From Chrysomallon squamiferum (lineage: Eukaryota > Animalia > Mollusca): DNA of 64,000 nucleotides. The stretch covers positions 32,860,001-32,924,000 of the forward strand of contig CM022670.1 in NCBI GenBank assembly GCA_012295275.1, read 5' to 3'. Shown piece by piece: positions 39,920-52,400 of this stretch. The position numbers and the translations under genes were made by a program. The notes under the pieces were generated by a model. It had not been told where the DNA came from and made no database searches. It saw nothing but the letters and a program-made list of their open reading frames with translations. The first letter of the stretch is position 1; each line of letters opens with the position of its first letter.

Positions 39920-40133
39920 TAAGCAGTTTTAATTTCGAACAACAGAAATATAAGTATTAAAATATATAAACAGGAACATACTATTTTATATGTATGTTTT
40001 GATTTTTGTGTGACAGTCTGAATATGCTGTATTTACATTAAGATACGTGTTATTATTCAAAATGAATATTAAAATTTAATAAAAGATTTTGTTCCTCTAG
40101 TTCTCTGTGGATTATAATAATTTTATATAAAAA

Positions 40134-40173
<40 letters not shown>

Positions 40174-40745
40174 TATAGTAGACAAATATTTAATTAGAAC
40201 AACGAACAAGAATCGTCAACCTTCTCTCTTTCCATGTGTTATATGTGTGTGTTATGTGTTTCAAAGTGCAGTATGCTATAAAAGACAAATATTTCAAGTA
40301 TCCTAAGTTTTATGACAAAACTGGATTTTTAATACAGATTCTGTGGTCCAGCAGCCCCTGCATTTCGGCACGTGAATTTGTTTGTTAATTTGCGACCAGA
40401 GCGGCGCTGTTATCAGCATTCAAGCGCCGAAATTTGTTTCTGCAATGCCAAGTTTTCTAGAGACATTGTTCTGTTCATTTGATAAATTAATCTATGATAC
40501 TGGTCATGTTGGGGGTTATGGGCATTATATTATATGAAAATCTTTTATTTATTTATTTATTTATTATTTATTATTTCTTCTTTTTGTTTTTCTCAGTTAT
40601 ATCTTCGATAACAAAGCAGTATGTATGTGGAATATAGCCGGTTTTCTTTTTGATATTGAAGGTCGTTTTGTTTAGACCAGTAATTGATCATGGGTAATTC
40701 TGTCGATGTCAAATTAAGAGAGGGGGATGGCTTATTACCTGTATG

Positions 40746-40785
40746 TGACGTAATAAATAAGGGACCGAAAATGCATATGACGTTA
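40746..40785 (+). promoter_or_regulatory. Paired CRE-like sites (TGACGTAA, TGACGTTA) ahead of a putative non-coding first exon of LRRC71 copy 3
   Basis: Motifs at 40746-40753 and 40778-40785. Donor-like gtaaga at 40851; polypyrimidine tract + CAG acceptor ending at 41645, 4 nt before ATG 41650. Confidence 0.45.
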
Positions 40786-41649
40786 CCAGCTGGGTAAAAT
40801 CGTTTGCACCAAGAGTTTCTAAGTCGTTTATAAACAGTTTCGTTTTCATGGTAAGATCAAATCTCACCTCACGTTTTTAAGGCAAATTAACGATTGAAAT
40901 TTTCATTTTGACATGAACATCGAACATAGAGGTCACTTTTATCTTGTTACATAATCCAAATTTTCTTTTTCATCTCCGTCGTTCAAACAGAAATTCGTTA
41001 AACGTCTATATAATATAGTATAGTAAGATCTAAATTTTACCTCTCAAATTAACGATTCTTGGCTTTGAATAAGCAGGAAATACCTTGTTATATAAGTCAA
41101 AATTTCTTTCTCATTTCCATCGCACTGACAGACGTTCGCTAGCACTGTTGCAGTAAATCTGAAAAAATCCCAGTTCTGGCGATAGAGTCATTTCTAATAC
41201 GTTAGCCACAGTATATAGTTGTTTGTTGTTTTTAACGCAAAACAAAAACAAAACAACAATAACATATTTTCAGCTTGTAGTACACAACACCATTTTATAG
41301 GATTCCCGTAAATTATTTTGTATGTTGGGAAATGGTTTAGATTCAGCCCATTACAACATTTATATATGTTTATTAATCTAAAGATATGGAAGAAAAGAAA
41401 AGAAAAAAAACATCTCCCCAAAAAACAACAACAACAACAACAACAAATAAACAATAACAAAATTAAAGATTATTCTTATTTTTGAATTTTTGAAATCAAA
41501 ATTACAATAAATGAAAACTGAAATGCAGTCTGCTCATAATAGCAGCAGCAGCAATAAAAAAGAAAAAGAAAAAGAAGAAGATGAAAGCCATAAAGATATA
41601 TTTTTACGAACTAAAATAACTTTCTTTTACTTTCTTCTTTTTCAGTAAA

Positions 41650-43287
41650 ATGAAAGCATCAGCGACAAATAACTACAGAGTAAGCAGCACAAGAACAACT
41701 AAAAAACACGACAAGACTCAACCGCTAGAAGATGACAAAACGCATCTCACTGGAGCATACACGTGTATAGGTCTATTCCACACAGATTTTTTAGAGCTGT
41801 GTCGGAGAAGCGACATGGCCACCATTCCTGCTGTTGTTCTGAGAGCAAAGCCACCTTGTGAGATCAAATCCGAGAGGGTTAAGGACAAGGGTAAAGTTTC
41901 CTCACACATCGAACACGATTTGGAACCAACAGAAGAAGACGGCGAACAAGTAGAAGCACCTCCTAAAACCTACATTATGAAAGACTCGGCCGAATATTTT
42001 AAGCCTTCCATACAAGTGCACATGGATCATCCAGATAAACAAGAAACTGTGACAGAAGTTTATATCAGAGGCTGGAAAATTGATAACACTATGATGAATA
42101 TTTTAAAGCAGTGTTGGTCTCTCCTCACAAGATTAACTACAATAAATCTTTGGCATGCTGGTCTTACAGGCGAGACTGTCAGCACACTAGCCTCAGTTCT
42201 TCCACTCTGTTTGCATCTCAAAAATTTAACCCTGGACGGAAATTGGATGAAAGATGAAAACTGGCATGAGTTAATTGCCGACAACAGTCCAGTTCTAAAT
42301 TTATCTCTAAGAAATTGTTTCATAACGGACAAGGGCGCCGAAGGCCTGGGGCAAGCGCTTGGTACATGTTCGAGGGTTAACACAAAACTCTTACAATTAA
42401 ATCTTTCTGGAAACAGGATCACGGATGTCGGATGCGAGCATATAGCAAATGGTCTGCGTATGAACCGAACTCTGTTGACTTTGTCTTTAGCAAGTAACAA
42501 AATAGGGGACAGGGGTTGTTGTAAGCTTGCAGAAGTTTTACATCGATTTTCTCTTACCCACGATGAGGTGGTCGAAAGACGAAAACTTTTATCTGAGAAA
42601 GAACAAACTGTTAAACCTAAAACAATAGCACCTATTCGTTCAAGGAAATCATCGTTTGATAAAAAGAGAGAAAAAGGCATAGGCAAAGTGAAGAAGGAAA
42701 AGAGCGACGAGGATAGAAAATCCAAAAAAGAAGATAAATCAAAGAGAGAATCTCGCAACAAAGATTCCTCCTCTTATAACTTGTTATCAAAAAATTCAAA
42801 AATGTTTAGAACGCCTTCTGCACTTTCGTTAGCGAGCGAACTTGGAAAACAATTGACAGTGGCTAAAGAGCGTAAACGAGAAAAGAGAACACAATCGGCA
42901 CAAGAAATGCCTGAAATGCCCAATTTGAGAGTACTGGAGGGAGCTAGCTATATCGACGGAGAACTATGGGTAACTGGAAACAGAGTCGTTATCTCTCTCA
43001 ACCTTTCCAGGAACCAGATCGGCATTGAAGGTATACAGGCTTGGATCAAAACCATGCAGGGTCAGACGGCTTCAGAAGTGGAAAACAAGGAATCTCTCCC
43101 CAAAGGCTTGCTGAAACTTAATCTTCTGAACAATGCGCTGCCTGCCGTTCATCACTTACTGCTATTACTTGATAGCATAATGATTCCAAGAGATCCGTTG
43201 TACAAGCCTCCCAGTACTCCGTTAGAGTCGTCGAGTAAAACAACAATCAGTAGAAAGAAGTCTAGTGACATACTTAAAGTAAAATGA
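41650..43287 (+). CDS. LRRC71: LRRC71-like, copy 3, intronless CDS, 545 aa
   Basis: CIGLFHTDFLELCRR, YFKPSIQV, EVYIRGWKIDNTMM, LTHDEVVERR, LWVTGNRVVISLNLSRN. Confidence 0.85.
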   Translation: MKASATNNYRVSSTRTTKKHDKTQPLEDDKTHLTGAYTCIGLFHTDFLELCRRSDMATIPAVVLRAKPPCEIKSERVKDKGKVSSHIEHDLEPTEEDGEQVEAPPKTYIMKDSAEYFKPSIQVHMDHPDKQETVTEVYIRGWKIDNTMMNILKQCWSLLTRLTTINLWHAGLTGETVSTLASVLPLCLHLKNLTLDGNWMKDENWHELIADNSPVLNLSLRNCFITDKGAEGLGQALGTCSRVNTKLLQLNLSGNRITDVGCEHIANGLRMNRTLLTLSLASNKIGDRGCCKLAEVLHRFSLTHDEVVERRKLLSEKEQTVKPKTIAPIRSRKSSFDKKREKGIGKVKKEKSDEDRKSKKEDKSKRESRNKDSSSYNLLSKNSKMFRTPSALSLASELGKQLTVAKERKREKRTQSAQEMPEMPNLRVLEGASYIDGELWVTGNRVVISLNLSRNQIGIEGIQAWIKTMQGQTASEVENKESLPKGLLKLNLLNNALPAVHHLLLLLDSIMIPRDPLYKPPSTPLESSSKTTISRKKSSDILKVK

Positions 43288-43694
43288 ATAGTTATAAATT
43301 AATGTTAAAGTGACAAAATATTGTTGCATCTTAAGAGGTTGATGGATATGCGTGCGATCGCAGGAATTAAAACATTTACGCTGACTATCAAAGCCCAGAA
43401 TAACAGAAATTCTAAGAGAAAGATAAAATAAATTCTTTCTCTCTCATTTTCTCACGAGTTATATATGAATTCATGCTAAAAACAAACAAACAAACAATAA
43501 AAAATAAAAATAAAAAAAATACACAAAAACCCACCAAAGAACTATAAAGTTGTGCAATTAAACATAACTGAACAATTTTCAGAATAGTTGCAAATTATTA
43601 TTATTTTTGGTAACGTTGTATTATATTCCATGTTAGAAAATGGAAATTTCTTTTATATTAAAGATAAATCTGTTGGTATTTTAATATTAGCTTG

Positions 43695-44160
43695 TTACTT
43701 TCTAATGTTAAGTTACGAAATAAATCCAAGTCATTGTTGTAATATAACTGTTCTAGATACTGTTTTTATTATTTATTGCAAATAACGACATTTATTTCTT
43801 TATTATTATTTTTAACGAAATGTTTGAACATTGTAATTGTTTCTAATTTTACGTAATGAAATCATTACGAAAATATTATTCCAAGTAATTGTACATACTA
43901 TTGTTCTAGCCGTATATAATATTATTTATTGCAAATAACATTTATTATTTTATTATTGTTGTTAAAAAAAAATAAAAAAAATAAAAATAAATAAAATAAA
44001 AAAATAAAAAATAAATAAATAATAATAATAATAAATTACGATATTATGTTTCTAATGAAATAAAAAATTAAATATTATTCCAAGTTGTTGTACGTTTTTT
44101 TTAGCGGCTGATAACATTATTTATTGAAAGAAACATTTATTTTTATTACTGTTGTTACGA
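43695..44160. repeat. Diverged tandem repeat, three ~130-150 bp units
   Basis: Recurring blocks tttctaat...(tat)tccaagt...ttgt...attatttattg(c)aaa.aac.(ac)atttat near 43700, 43840 and 44050. Confidence 0.6.
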
Positions 44161-45071
44161 TATTGTAACTGTTGTTATTATATTTCAAACTGTATTTACT
44201 ACAGTCTAAAGAAAATGTAAAAAACTGGAATCCGTTTAAATATTTATATTTCAACTGGTATTTTCTAAATACAAAACAAAAACGGAGCGCTAGCGTCAGT
44301 AAGTTTCATTCAAGCAATCGCCATTTTAAAATGAGCAGTCGATCCACGACTATAGAAAAGGCACAGCGATAAATATATAAATATTTATTTGTTGTTTTGT
44401 AGTTTGTATTTTATGTGTTAACAGACTCAGAATAAATAATAAGTTTTTATAAAATAACTGTTTTCATATGTTTATTTTATTTTTGTTGTCCAGTGTTCTT
44501 TTTTAAAATGATTTCAAACACTGAACGCTACATTCTTTCTTTTCCTTCTTTTTCGTTTTTTTTCTTTTGTTTTATTTGTGCTATATTAAAATTCACCAGT
44601 TCCTCTTTTCTTTATTCCTAAACCCTGACCTCTACTCTATGTGTGTTTATAGCTATCAGTTATTATTATTATTATTATTATTTTAATTTTTTTTTTTTCG
44701 TGTGTATATATATATATATATATTTATTTTAATTTTTTACTTGTGTATATAAAACATACAAAACATTAAAAAACAACAACATAAGAAACAAAAAAAAAAA
44801 AAAAAAAAAAGAAGAAAATTACAACAACACGTAACATAAAGCATATGATGAATTTCTTCTGGAAAATATTAGTATATAAATAGAAATCTTGATAGAATCC
44901 ACTGTACCTGTTCTTATTTGTACTCATAAACACAAAGTTATTAACAAAACTCTTAAATATAAATCGAGACGTCTATTATCAGCTATTAATATATTATGTT
45001 GTTTATTTTTTAACATTTTCAGAACTAAGAATCACCCATGAAAATTTATCATTACGCAATCATTTCTAGCA

Positions 45072-45079
45072 TGACGTAA
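45072..45079 (+). promoter_or_regulatory. CRE-like site TGACGTAA upstream of LRRC71 copy 4
   Basis: ~260 bp upstream of ATG 45334, preceded by a bZIP-like TTACGCAAT at 45052-45060. Confidence 0.5.
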
Positions 45080-45333
45080 GAAACAATTACAGGGGACTTC
45101 ACTCGCAGAACGTTTACGTTCAGTCCTTTTCGGAAGTTTTATTTCATTACGAAAAATCATTAAAATGTTTTATTTTTAAAACTTCTGAATATCTGCTATT
45201 TGACATTGCTTTGGCTACCATTTTGCGATTTTCTTCTTTATGAAACTAAATAAATAGTTTTGATGTTTCTCCGTTATGAATTTATTATCAAAACGGTCAC
45301 TGAGGTTTTAGGATCCAAGCAAAGCAAAATAAT

Positions 45334-46842
45334 ATGAGCAAACCGGTTAAGAAACAGGAAAAGTTGCAGAATGATAAACTATATAATTCTGGACCGTACG
45401 TCTGCACTGGTAACTTTCAAGCAGATTTCACGGAGCTCTGTCGGAGAAATAACATGGAGGCGATACCTCCGGTGGTACCAAGGCCCGTGCCACCTTGTGA
45501 GTCTTCCAAAGCGGAAAAGTCTAAAGAAAAGCTTAAACATCATTTACACGGACATTCTCACGAAACAAATAAACTAACCGTTCAGTTTGAAAACATTGCA
45601 CAAATTAAATCGGAACCTGCTAAAACGTTTTTGTTGAAAGAATCTTCAGAATATTTTAAGCCAACAGTTCAGGTGAAAATGGACACAAATGGTAAAAATG
45701 GAACGGTCACTGAAGTGTATATAAGGGGGTGGAAAATTGATAATACAATGATGAACATTTTCAAACAGTGTTGGCCTGTACTACCGAAGTTGCAAATAAT
45801 AAATCTTTGGCACGCGGGCCTTACTGCAGAGACAGTTAGTATGTTTGCTTCATTTCTTCCAGCGTGCGAAGGCTTAAAAAATCTTATTTTGGATGGTAAC
45901 TGGCTAAGCGAAGAAAACTGGCATGAAATTATCAGACAGAAATGTTCGGTAAAGAATCTATCACTCAGAAACTGTTTTATTACAGATAAAGGAGCAGAAG
46001 GCATCGGCAGATGTCTCGGATCAGTCGACTATGTTAACACTAATCTCTTGTCATTGAATTTAACTGGAAATAGAATTACAGACGTTGGATGTGAGTATAT
46101 AGCCAGAGGTCTGCGACTGAACAGAACATTACTGACTCTGTCTCTAGCATGTAATCAGATAGGCGATAAAGGCTGCTGTAAACTGGCAGAAATTTTGTCA
46201 AATTTTCCTCTTACTCATGAGGAGATTGTTGGAAGGCGAAAGGATATGTCACGCCGAATAGTTCCTGTCAAGGTGAAAATAACTCACATTTACAAGCCTA
46301 TAAAAAAAGGTTCATTGTTTGAGAAAAGGGATAGAGGAAAACATAAGAAACCTCACGAAGAAAAAAAACCTCAAGCCCGCAAAGATGTACGAAATAAAGA
46401 CGCTCGCACGCCCCAGCAAAAAAGAATGACCAAAATGTATAGAACATCGTCAGCGGTTTCCGTAGCTTCTGATTCTTCAATCGGGAAAGAACCGAAACCA
46501 GAAGAAGAACCTCTATTACCCGAATTCACGGATTTAACTCTCTTAGAGACAGCAATCTCTAATAATGGACAGTTATGGCTTCCTGGAAATACAGTTCTCA
46601 TTAGTATCAATCTATCCAGGAATCGAATCGGTATTGTTGGTGTTCAAGCTTTGTTGTATTCGTTACAGTACCAGTCTCCAGATGTCGGTTTGGTTAAACT
46701 TAACTTAGAGAAAAACTACATTCCTTCGAGCAATTATGTGATGATAAAACTAGAAAAATTGCTGAAAATGAAAGATCTGTCGAACATATCGTGTTCTGAT
46801 GAATCAGATTCAACAAAAGAAAAAGAAGAAGACAAAAAATAA
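45334..46842 (+). CDS. LRRC71: LRRC71-like, copy 4, intronless CDS, 502 aa
   Basis: CTGNFQADFTELCRR, YFKPTVQV, EVYIRGWKIDNTMM, LTHEEIVGRR, LWLPGNTVLISINLSRN. Confidence 0.85.
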   Translation: MSKPVKKQEKLQNDKLYNSGPYVCTGNFQADFTELCRRNNMEAIPPVVPRPVPPCESSKAEKSKEKLKHHLHGHSHETNKLTVQFENIAQIKSEPAKTFLLKESSEYFKPTVQVKMDTNGKNGTVTEVYIRGWKIDNTMMNIFKQCWPVLPKLQIINLWHAGLTAETVSMFASFLPACEGLKNLILDGNWLSEENWHEIIRQKCSVKNLSLRNCFITDKGAEGIGRCLGSVDYVNTNLLSLNLTGNRITDVGCEYIARGLRLNRTLLTLSLACNQIGDKGCCKLAEILSNFPLTHEEIVGRRKDMSRRIVPVKVKITHIYKPIKKGSLFEKRDRGKHKKPHEEKKPQARKDVRNKDARTPQQKRMTKMYRTSSAVSVASDSSIGKEPKPEEEPLLPEFTDLTLLETAISNNGQLWLPGNTVLISINLSRNRIGIVGVQALLYSLQYQSPDVGLVKLNLEKNYIPSSNYVMIKLEKLLKMKDLSNISCSDESDSTKEKEEDKK

Positions 46843-47277
46843 ATAAATCATGTACCAAAATTGTTATTTAAGTTTTATTATTTACGTTATACAAATTTAA
46901 ATCAATCCTTATAAAATATTACTTAAAGTCAGACAACTAAAACAGATAAAGAAGATTAATTATAATTATGAAAAAATAATGTACTACTGCTACAATGTTT
47001 TAATCACTAAAAAAGTGATTAAGTAAATTTTAACGTCTGTTATTTCAGCTGCTGTATCTACTGCTACTACTAAACAACTGCTGCTATCACTACACAACAC
47101 TAGTACTAAAACTACAACAAAACAACGACAGCAACAGCAACGACAATAACAACAACAACAACAATAATAATAACCATAAGAAAACATTCTGAATAGTTTC
47201 TTTTCGTGCAGACTACTAACAAATTTAATGAGCTTTAAAAATATTGAATAAATCACGTTTTTATAAAATATAACAAA

Positions 47278-47369
47278 AATATTACCAGGCTCTGAACATT
47301 TTCAGAAAAGAGTTATTAAAATAAAATTAAAATATTACCAAGTCTGAACGTTTTCAGAAAAGAGTTATA
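47278..47369. repeat. Short tandem duplication (two ~40 bp copies)
   Basis: aatattacca(g/a)g(c)tctgaac(a/g)ttttcagaaaagagttat occurs twice. Confidence 0.85.
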
Positions 47370-48421
47370 ATGTTTTCATTGGCCTCCTAACCATCAAAAC
47401 AGTTTAGATAGCTTGAACATGACATGTAGATGTCAGAGTATTAACACGTACTATTGGATTAAACATATTAGAAAGAGATACAGACATATTTCATCTTGGA
47501 ACTCCATTTATTTACAATATGACTTGAGCTCGTTACAGCCCGTTTTTTTCTTTCTGCTAGAAATGAATAGTTCGGCCATGTTTTTTCCTTACATACCTTT
47601 CCTTATCTGCTAGGATCCAGCACATTTTTAAATAACTGAAGACACTAGGTATGATATGAAAACAAATTTATTGCCAGAATGTTACAAGTTTTCTAACACT
47701 GTCTGAAATAAAAAATAATCACAATACAGCTGGACGGAATAATCATAATGTAGTGTAAGACACGTTATGAAATTAAAACTGTTCTTTGTCGGCGTTATCG
47801 TAACTTGATACATTTTCATGGATAACTTTTAGCATCCCTATTCACCACACCGACTCACTGCACTTCATCCTCCTTGTATGAATTTATGTTACCCAATGCA
47901 GCCTTGTCAAAGGCCGTGTTACGTTATTTCCTTTGTTTACGAAAATATCTATAAAAAATTCGAAAATGAATAGCCCATCGTGAGGCAACCAACAGAGCGG
48001 GTTTGTTATGTGTTATGACATAAAACCATTCATTAAAAATAAAAGAAGAAAAAAAGCTCAGTTCATCTTTCCTTTCGAATTAATGTAAAATTAGACGTAT
48101 TCAGTATTTTTAACACGTATGATCGGTCGCAGTCTTTAATTGTCTCGTGAATTAGATGCTACGAAAAGGCTAAGACCGCAACTACTACAAAATATGCGTA
48201 AAACATAAATCGTATCAATAAATAACCGATTCTGACATTGGATTAGGAATACGGAATGAGAAGATTACAAATTTCTGAAGTGTGAAACAAAGGACAAAAG
48301 CTGACGGTTTCAGAAAGAAGTGAGGAAAAAAAAAAAAAATGAAAATATTTCTTTTCAGCTGCTCCTATTAGTTTCTGAAGCTTCGTTATTTTGAATTTTG
48401 AATCACATGTTGGAATCATAT

Positions 48422-48976
48422 TCAAGGACTTGTCTTTAGAAGGACACAGTCGTAACGAGAACAGAGCGTTGACGTGATGCAGATGAGGATGAAACCCTTG
48501 CAGTCAGCCATGTTGAAACAAAGGTAAGCACAACTCGTCTCAGAAGCAACGGTGGTGGTTGCTAAATACGTTGACGATGTTGGGTACGCGGTCAGTCTGG
48601 GCGGCCACACCCTCTCAAACAACTGGAAGTGAGTGCCGTCTGTCATGTTGGCGAGACTGCTGTGTTTGTAAACCATAGGCAAAGCTTCAAAAGATTGTAA
48701 TGTGAATAAAAAGATAATTAATGTAATCTGCTCGCACTGGGTATGTACTGGAAGTTGCATGTACGTACTAATGTGTATGCGTGCTTGCGTATATATATAT
48801 ATATTATATAATTATGTATGTGTGTGTGTGTGTGTGTATATATTATATATAGATACATACATACATATATATATATAGATATAGATACATACATAGATAT
48901 ACATACATACATATATATCTATATATATATATTTCCATATATATATACACACACATATAGAGACAGACAGACAGAC

Positions 48977-49066
<90 letters not shown>

Positions 49067-50263
49067 AAATAAATAATACCTTTTTTACAAACAAAAGCAC
49101 CAGCATCCATTGAACAGTCAAAGTAGGCTGTATTTCCTTCCCCTCCGAGTGCTCCGCAAATTTTTGTTTTGTCATCTGGGGCACCTGAACAACAACAACA
49201 ACAATAATAATAGTAATAACAATAATAACAATTGTAATAACAATAAAATCAACGACAACAACGTCAAGCACCACCACAAAATTATAATACTAATACTACT
49301 ACAACTAATAATAATAATTATAATTAAAATAACAATAATAATGATTATGATTATGATGATGATGATAATATAATAATAATATCAGGAATAATTATGTAAA
49401 ATAATAGGATATGGTAGTAAACAATAAATACAAACTGAATAATTCTTTAACAAGGAAAAGAAGCATAGAATAATTTAGCATGAAAAAACTTTCGGCTGAA
49501 TTCATTTCCTTGTTAAGGCTATAAATAAATAAAGAATGAAAGCAAAACTTTAAAAATAATTTATAATCAGTACTGCTCATTATTATCGGTTAAAACGACA
49601 GTAATAACATCCAAAAAGAAGTTTTAATTTTTTTTTTAATTTGACACCTGCACGTTCAATAAGCTGATTAAGTTGGTAAATATGTGTATCATTTGATAAT
49701 TTATTCATGTTGAAGTGTACCGTCTGTTTGTAGCTGTTCTTTCTCAAATTTCGAGTCATCCAGCCAGGCGAACACGTTGTCTGAAGTGCCATAGAGACCC
49801 AGCCAGGCATAGTCTTTTCTTGAAACTTCAGACTAAAACATAAACATCAAGAACAATATTAGCATAAACAACACTAACAAATGCAACAATACTACTACTA
49901 CTACTAATAAATATACCAATACTAATACTAATACTAATAAACATCAATGAAAAACGATGACTCTGTATTTAAATTCTTTTTTAATTTTGATTTTTTCGTT
50001 CGCATCATCATTGCATGATGATTATGATGATGATGATGATGATTATGATTATTATTATTAATTTGGTTTTGGGTTTTTGTTTGTCGTATACTTTGTTTTT
50101 ATGAATATCTCGAACATCGGAAATATTTACAGAGTTTGTGTGATTAAGGTGGGGTTTTTCTCAGGTTTTTGTTTTCGTTGTTGTTGTTATTGTTTGTGTT
50201 TGTTTTGTTTCGTTGTTGTTGTAGTTGTTGTTTTTTTGGTGATTTTTTAAAATGAAAATATGA

Positions 50264-50308
<45 letters not shown>

Positions 50309-50677
50309 GACAGTATAAAAACAATAATCATGATAATGATGATGAACGTTATGATGAGGATGATGACGATGATAATAATGATGATAGTCTGTCAGATATC
50401 TAAGTTTAAGTTTAAATGTTAAAAGTAGGAGGGACATTCATAGTTACGGTCGTCATTTCTTGTTTCCTATAAGACAACTTTATATTTATTACAATGATCA
50501 TTTTATGATTTTCTATTTGAAATTCAATTATTCTGATACTATTCCTATCTTTAAACCGTTTGAGAGGTTCTGTAATAAGATAATTATATTACCATTTGAT
50601 AAAAACATGCATTTATTTATAAATAACGTAAGTATACGTAACTAGCGTTACAAAGCAGGCTTGTAAAAATATTTCTA

Positions 50678-50735
<58 letters not shown>

Positions 50736-50805
50736 TTATAATAATTACAACAATATCAACAACAAATAAATAAATAATGATAAACTAATAATTGTAAAAT
50801 AAAAA

Positions 50806-50840
<35 letters not shown>

Positions 50841-52350
50841 AATAATAATAATGATGTAATGATTAAGATGATAATAAAGATCTTATTAATAACAATAATA
50901 CGATAATAATAATTATTAAAATTTTAACATATAAATCATCGACTATGGATTATTATTTTTTTTAATATTAAAAATAAAATTAAATACAACAAAATATATT
51001 CACAAAGTTTAGAAGACTGTTTTTAGTGTATTGTAGAAATATATTTCTCAGTCGAGACCCATAACGTTAGCTTTGTGTCCTACCTTCCATAATTTGTTTA
51101 AAATAAACTCTTTCTCGGACTGATTCCAGATGCTGGCCAAATGAGCAGATTTACTTTCACATATGGCAGAGGCGGGCACAGATGTGTCGTTGAGAATCCC
51201 AAAATAATAACAGTGGTCTCCAAAAGCGTTCCAGCCATTGTCACATCCATCAGTGCTTAGAGCTGCTGGAGAAAAATTCCAACAAAACATTTATATACAG
51301 TGTAGAAAAACAAACAAACAAAACAAACAACAAACAACATACACAGATCGAAAATGAAGCTCTTCCCCCTACAACGGTCCGAGAAAAACCAAATGTATAA
51401 TTATACGTTTAGATTTTAGATGTAATGACTTATGATAATAAGACTGATTTAAAAAAAAGATATATGTATATCTAGTAGAGATATTCTGATACATCTATAT
51501 ATCTGTACTGAAGATAAGATATATATCTTTTTAAATCACGAAAAGATGATACATATAAACACTGATTTATTTGAAAACGGTTTTCTAAAAATATTAAAAT
51601 TTAAACAAAGAAGAGGAAAAAATACCATAAATAAATACATCAACAACAACAATAAACATCTAATACTGACTATTTATTATTTATTAATATTATTATTACT
51701 ATTATTATTGTTGTTGTTGTTGTTGTCATTATTTACATTATTTCCCTGAAATAAATGTCCTTGAAACGAAAAAAAAAAAGAAAAAAACGAATGAAAAAAA
51801 AGTTGATGATGACGATGATAATGATAATGATAATAAAAGTAATCATTATCAACATCATCATCATCATCTAAACTGAAATGAACAATTTATGATTTTTATC
51901 AATATCATTTCCACTCTACACAAATACATTTTGAGCGTTCTATATATAGAAAATACATATATAAAATGAACGAACAGATGAAGTGCAAGAAAAATCGAAA
52001 AGAATTTATTTCGTGTCAGATTTATCAGAATTACAGTCTGCGTAACCAAGACTCACTCTTGAGAAAAATACTTCATCTGTGAAATATATAGCGAGCTATG
52101 TCGCTTTTACATTTAAGACTAATGATAACTGAATTAAGTATTAGTAAACGAATGTTAGACAAATTAATACAGGAACAATTTTTTTAAAAAGCTTTTCTTA
52201 ACAGATTTCAACTCAAAACCTTAATAACTTTTTAAATTTGAATTATATCGCCTTTAAGTAATATATTCGTGTGTAAATTCAGTATAGTAAATTCTGGATA
52301 GTCAGTAATAATTAAACTGATGAAATGAAAATAAAAACGTTATCGTTTTC

Positions 52351-52400
<50 letters not shown>

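Noticed and set aside
34158-46610. Antisense ORFs up to 233 aa overlapping the LRRC71 copies (e.g. 42060..42761, 39009..39560)
   Set aside because: Shadow frames of the sense genes; their mutual similarity just mirrors paralogy.
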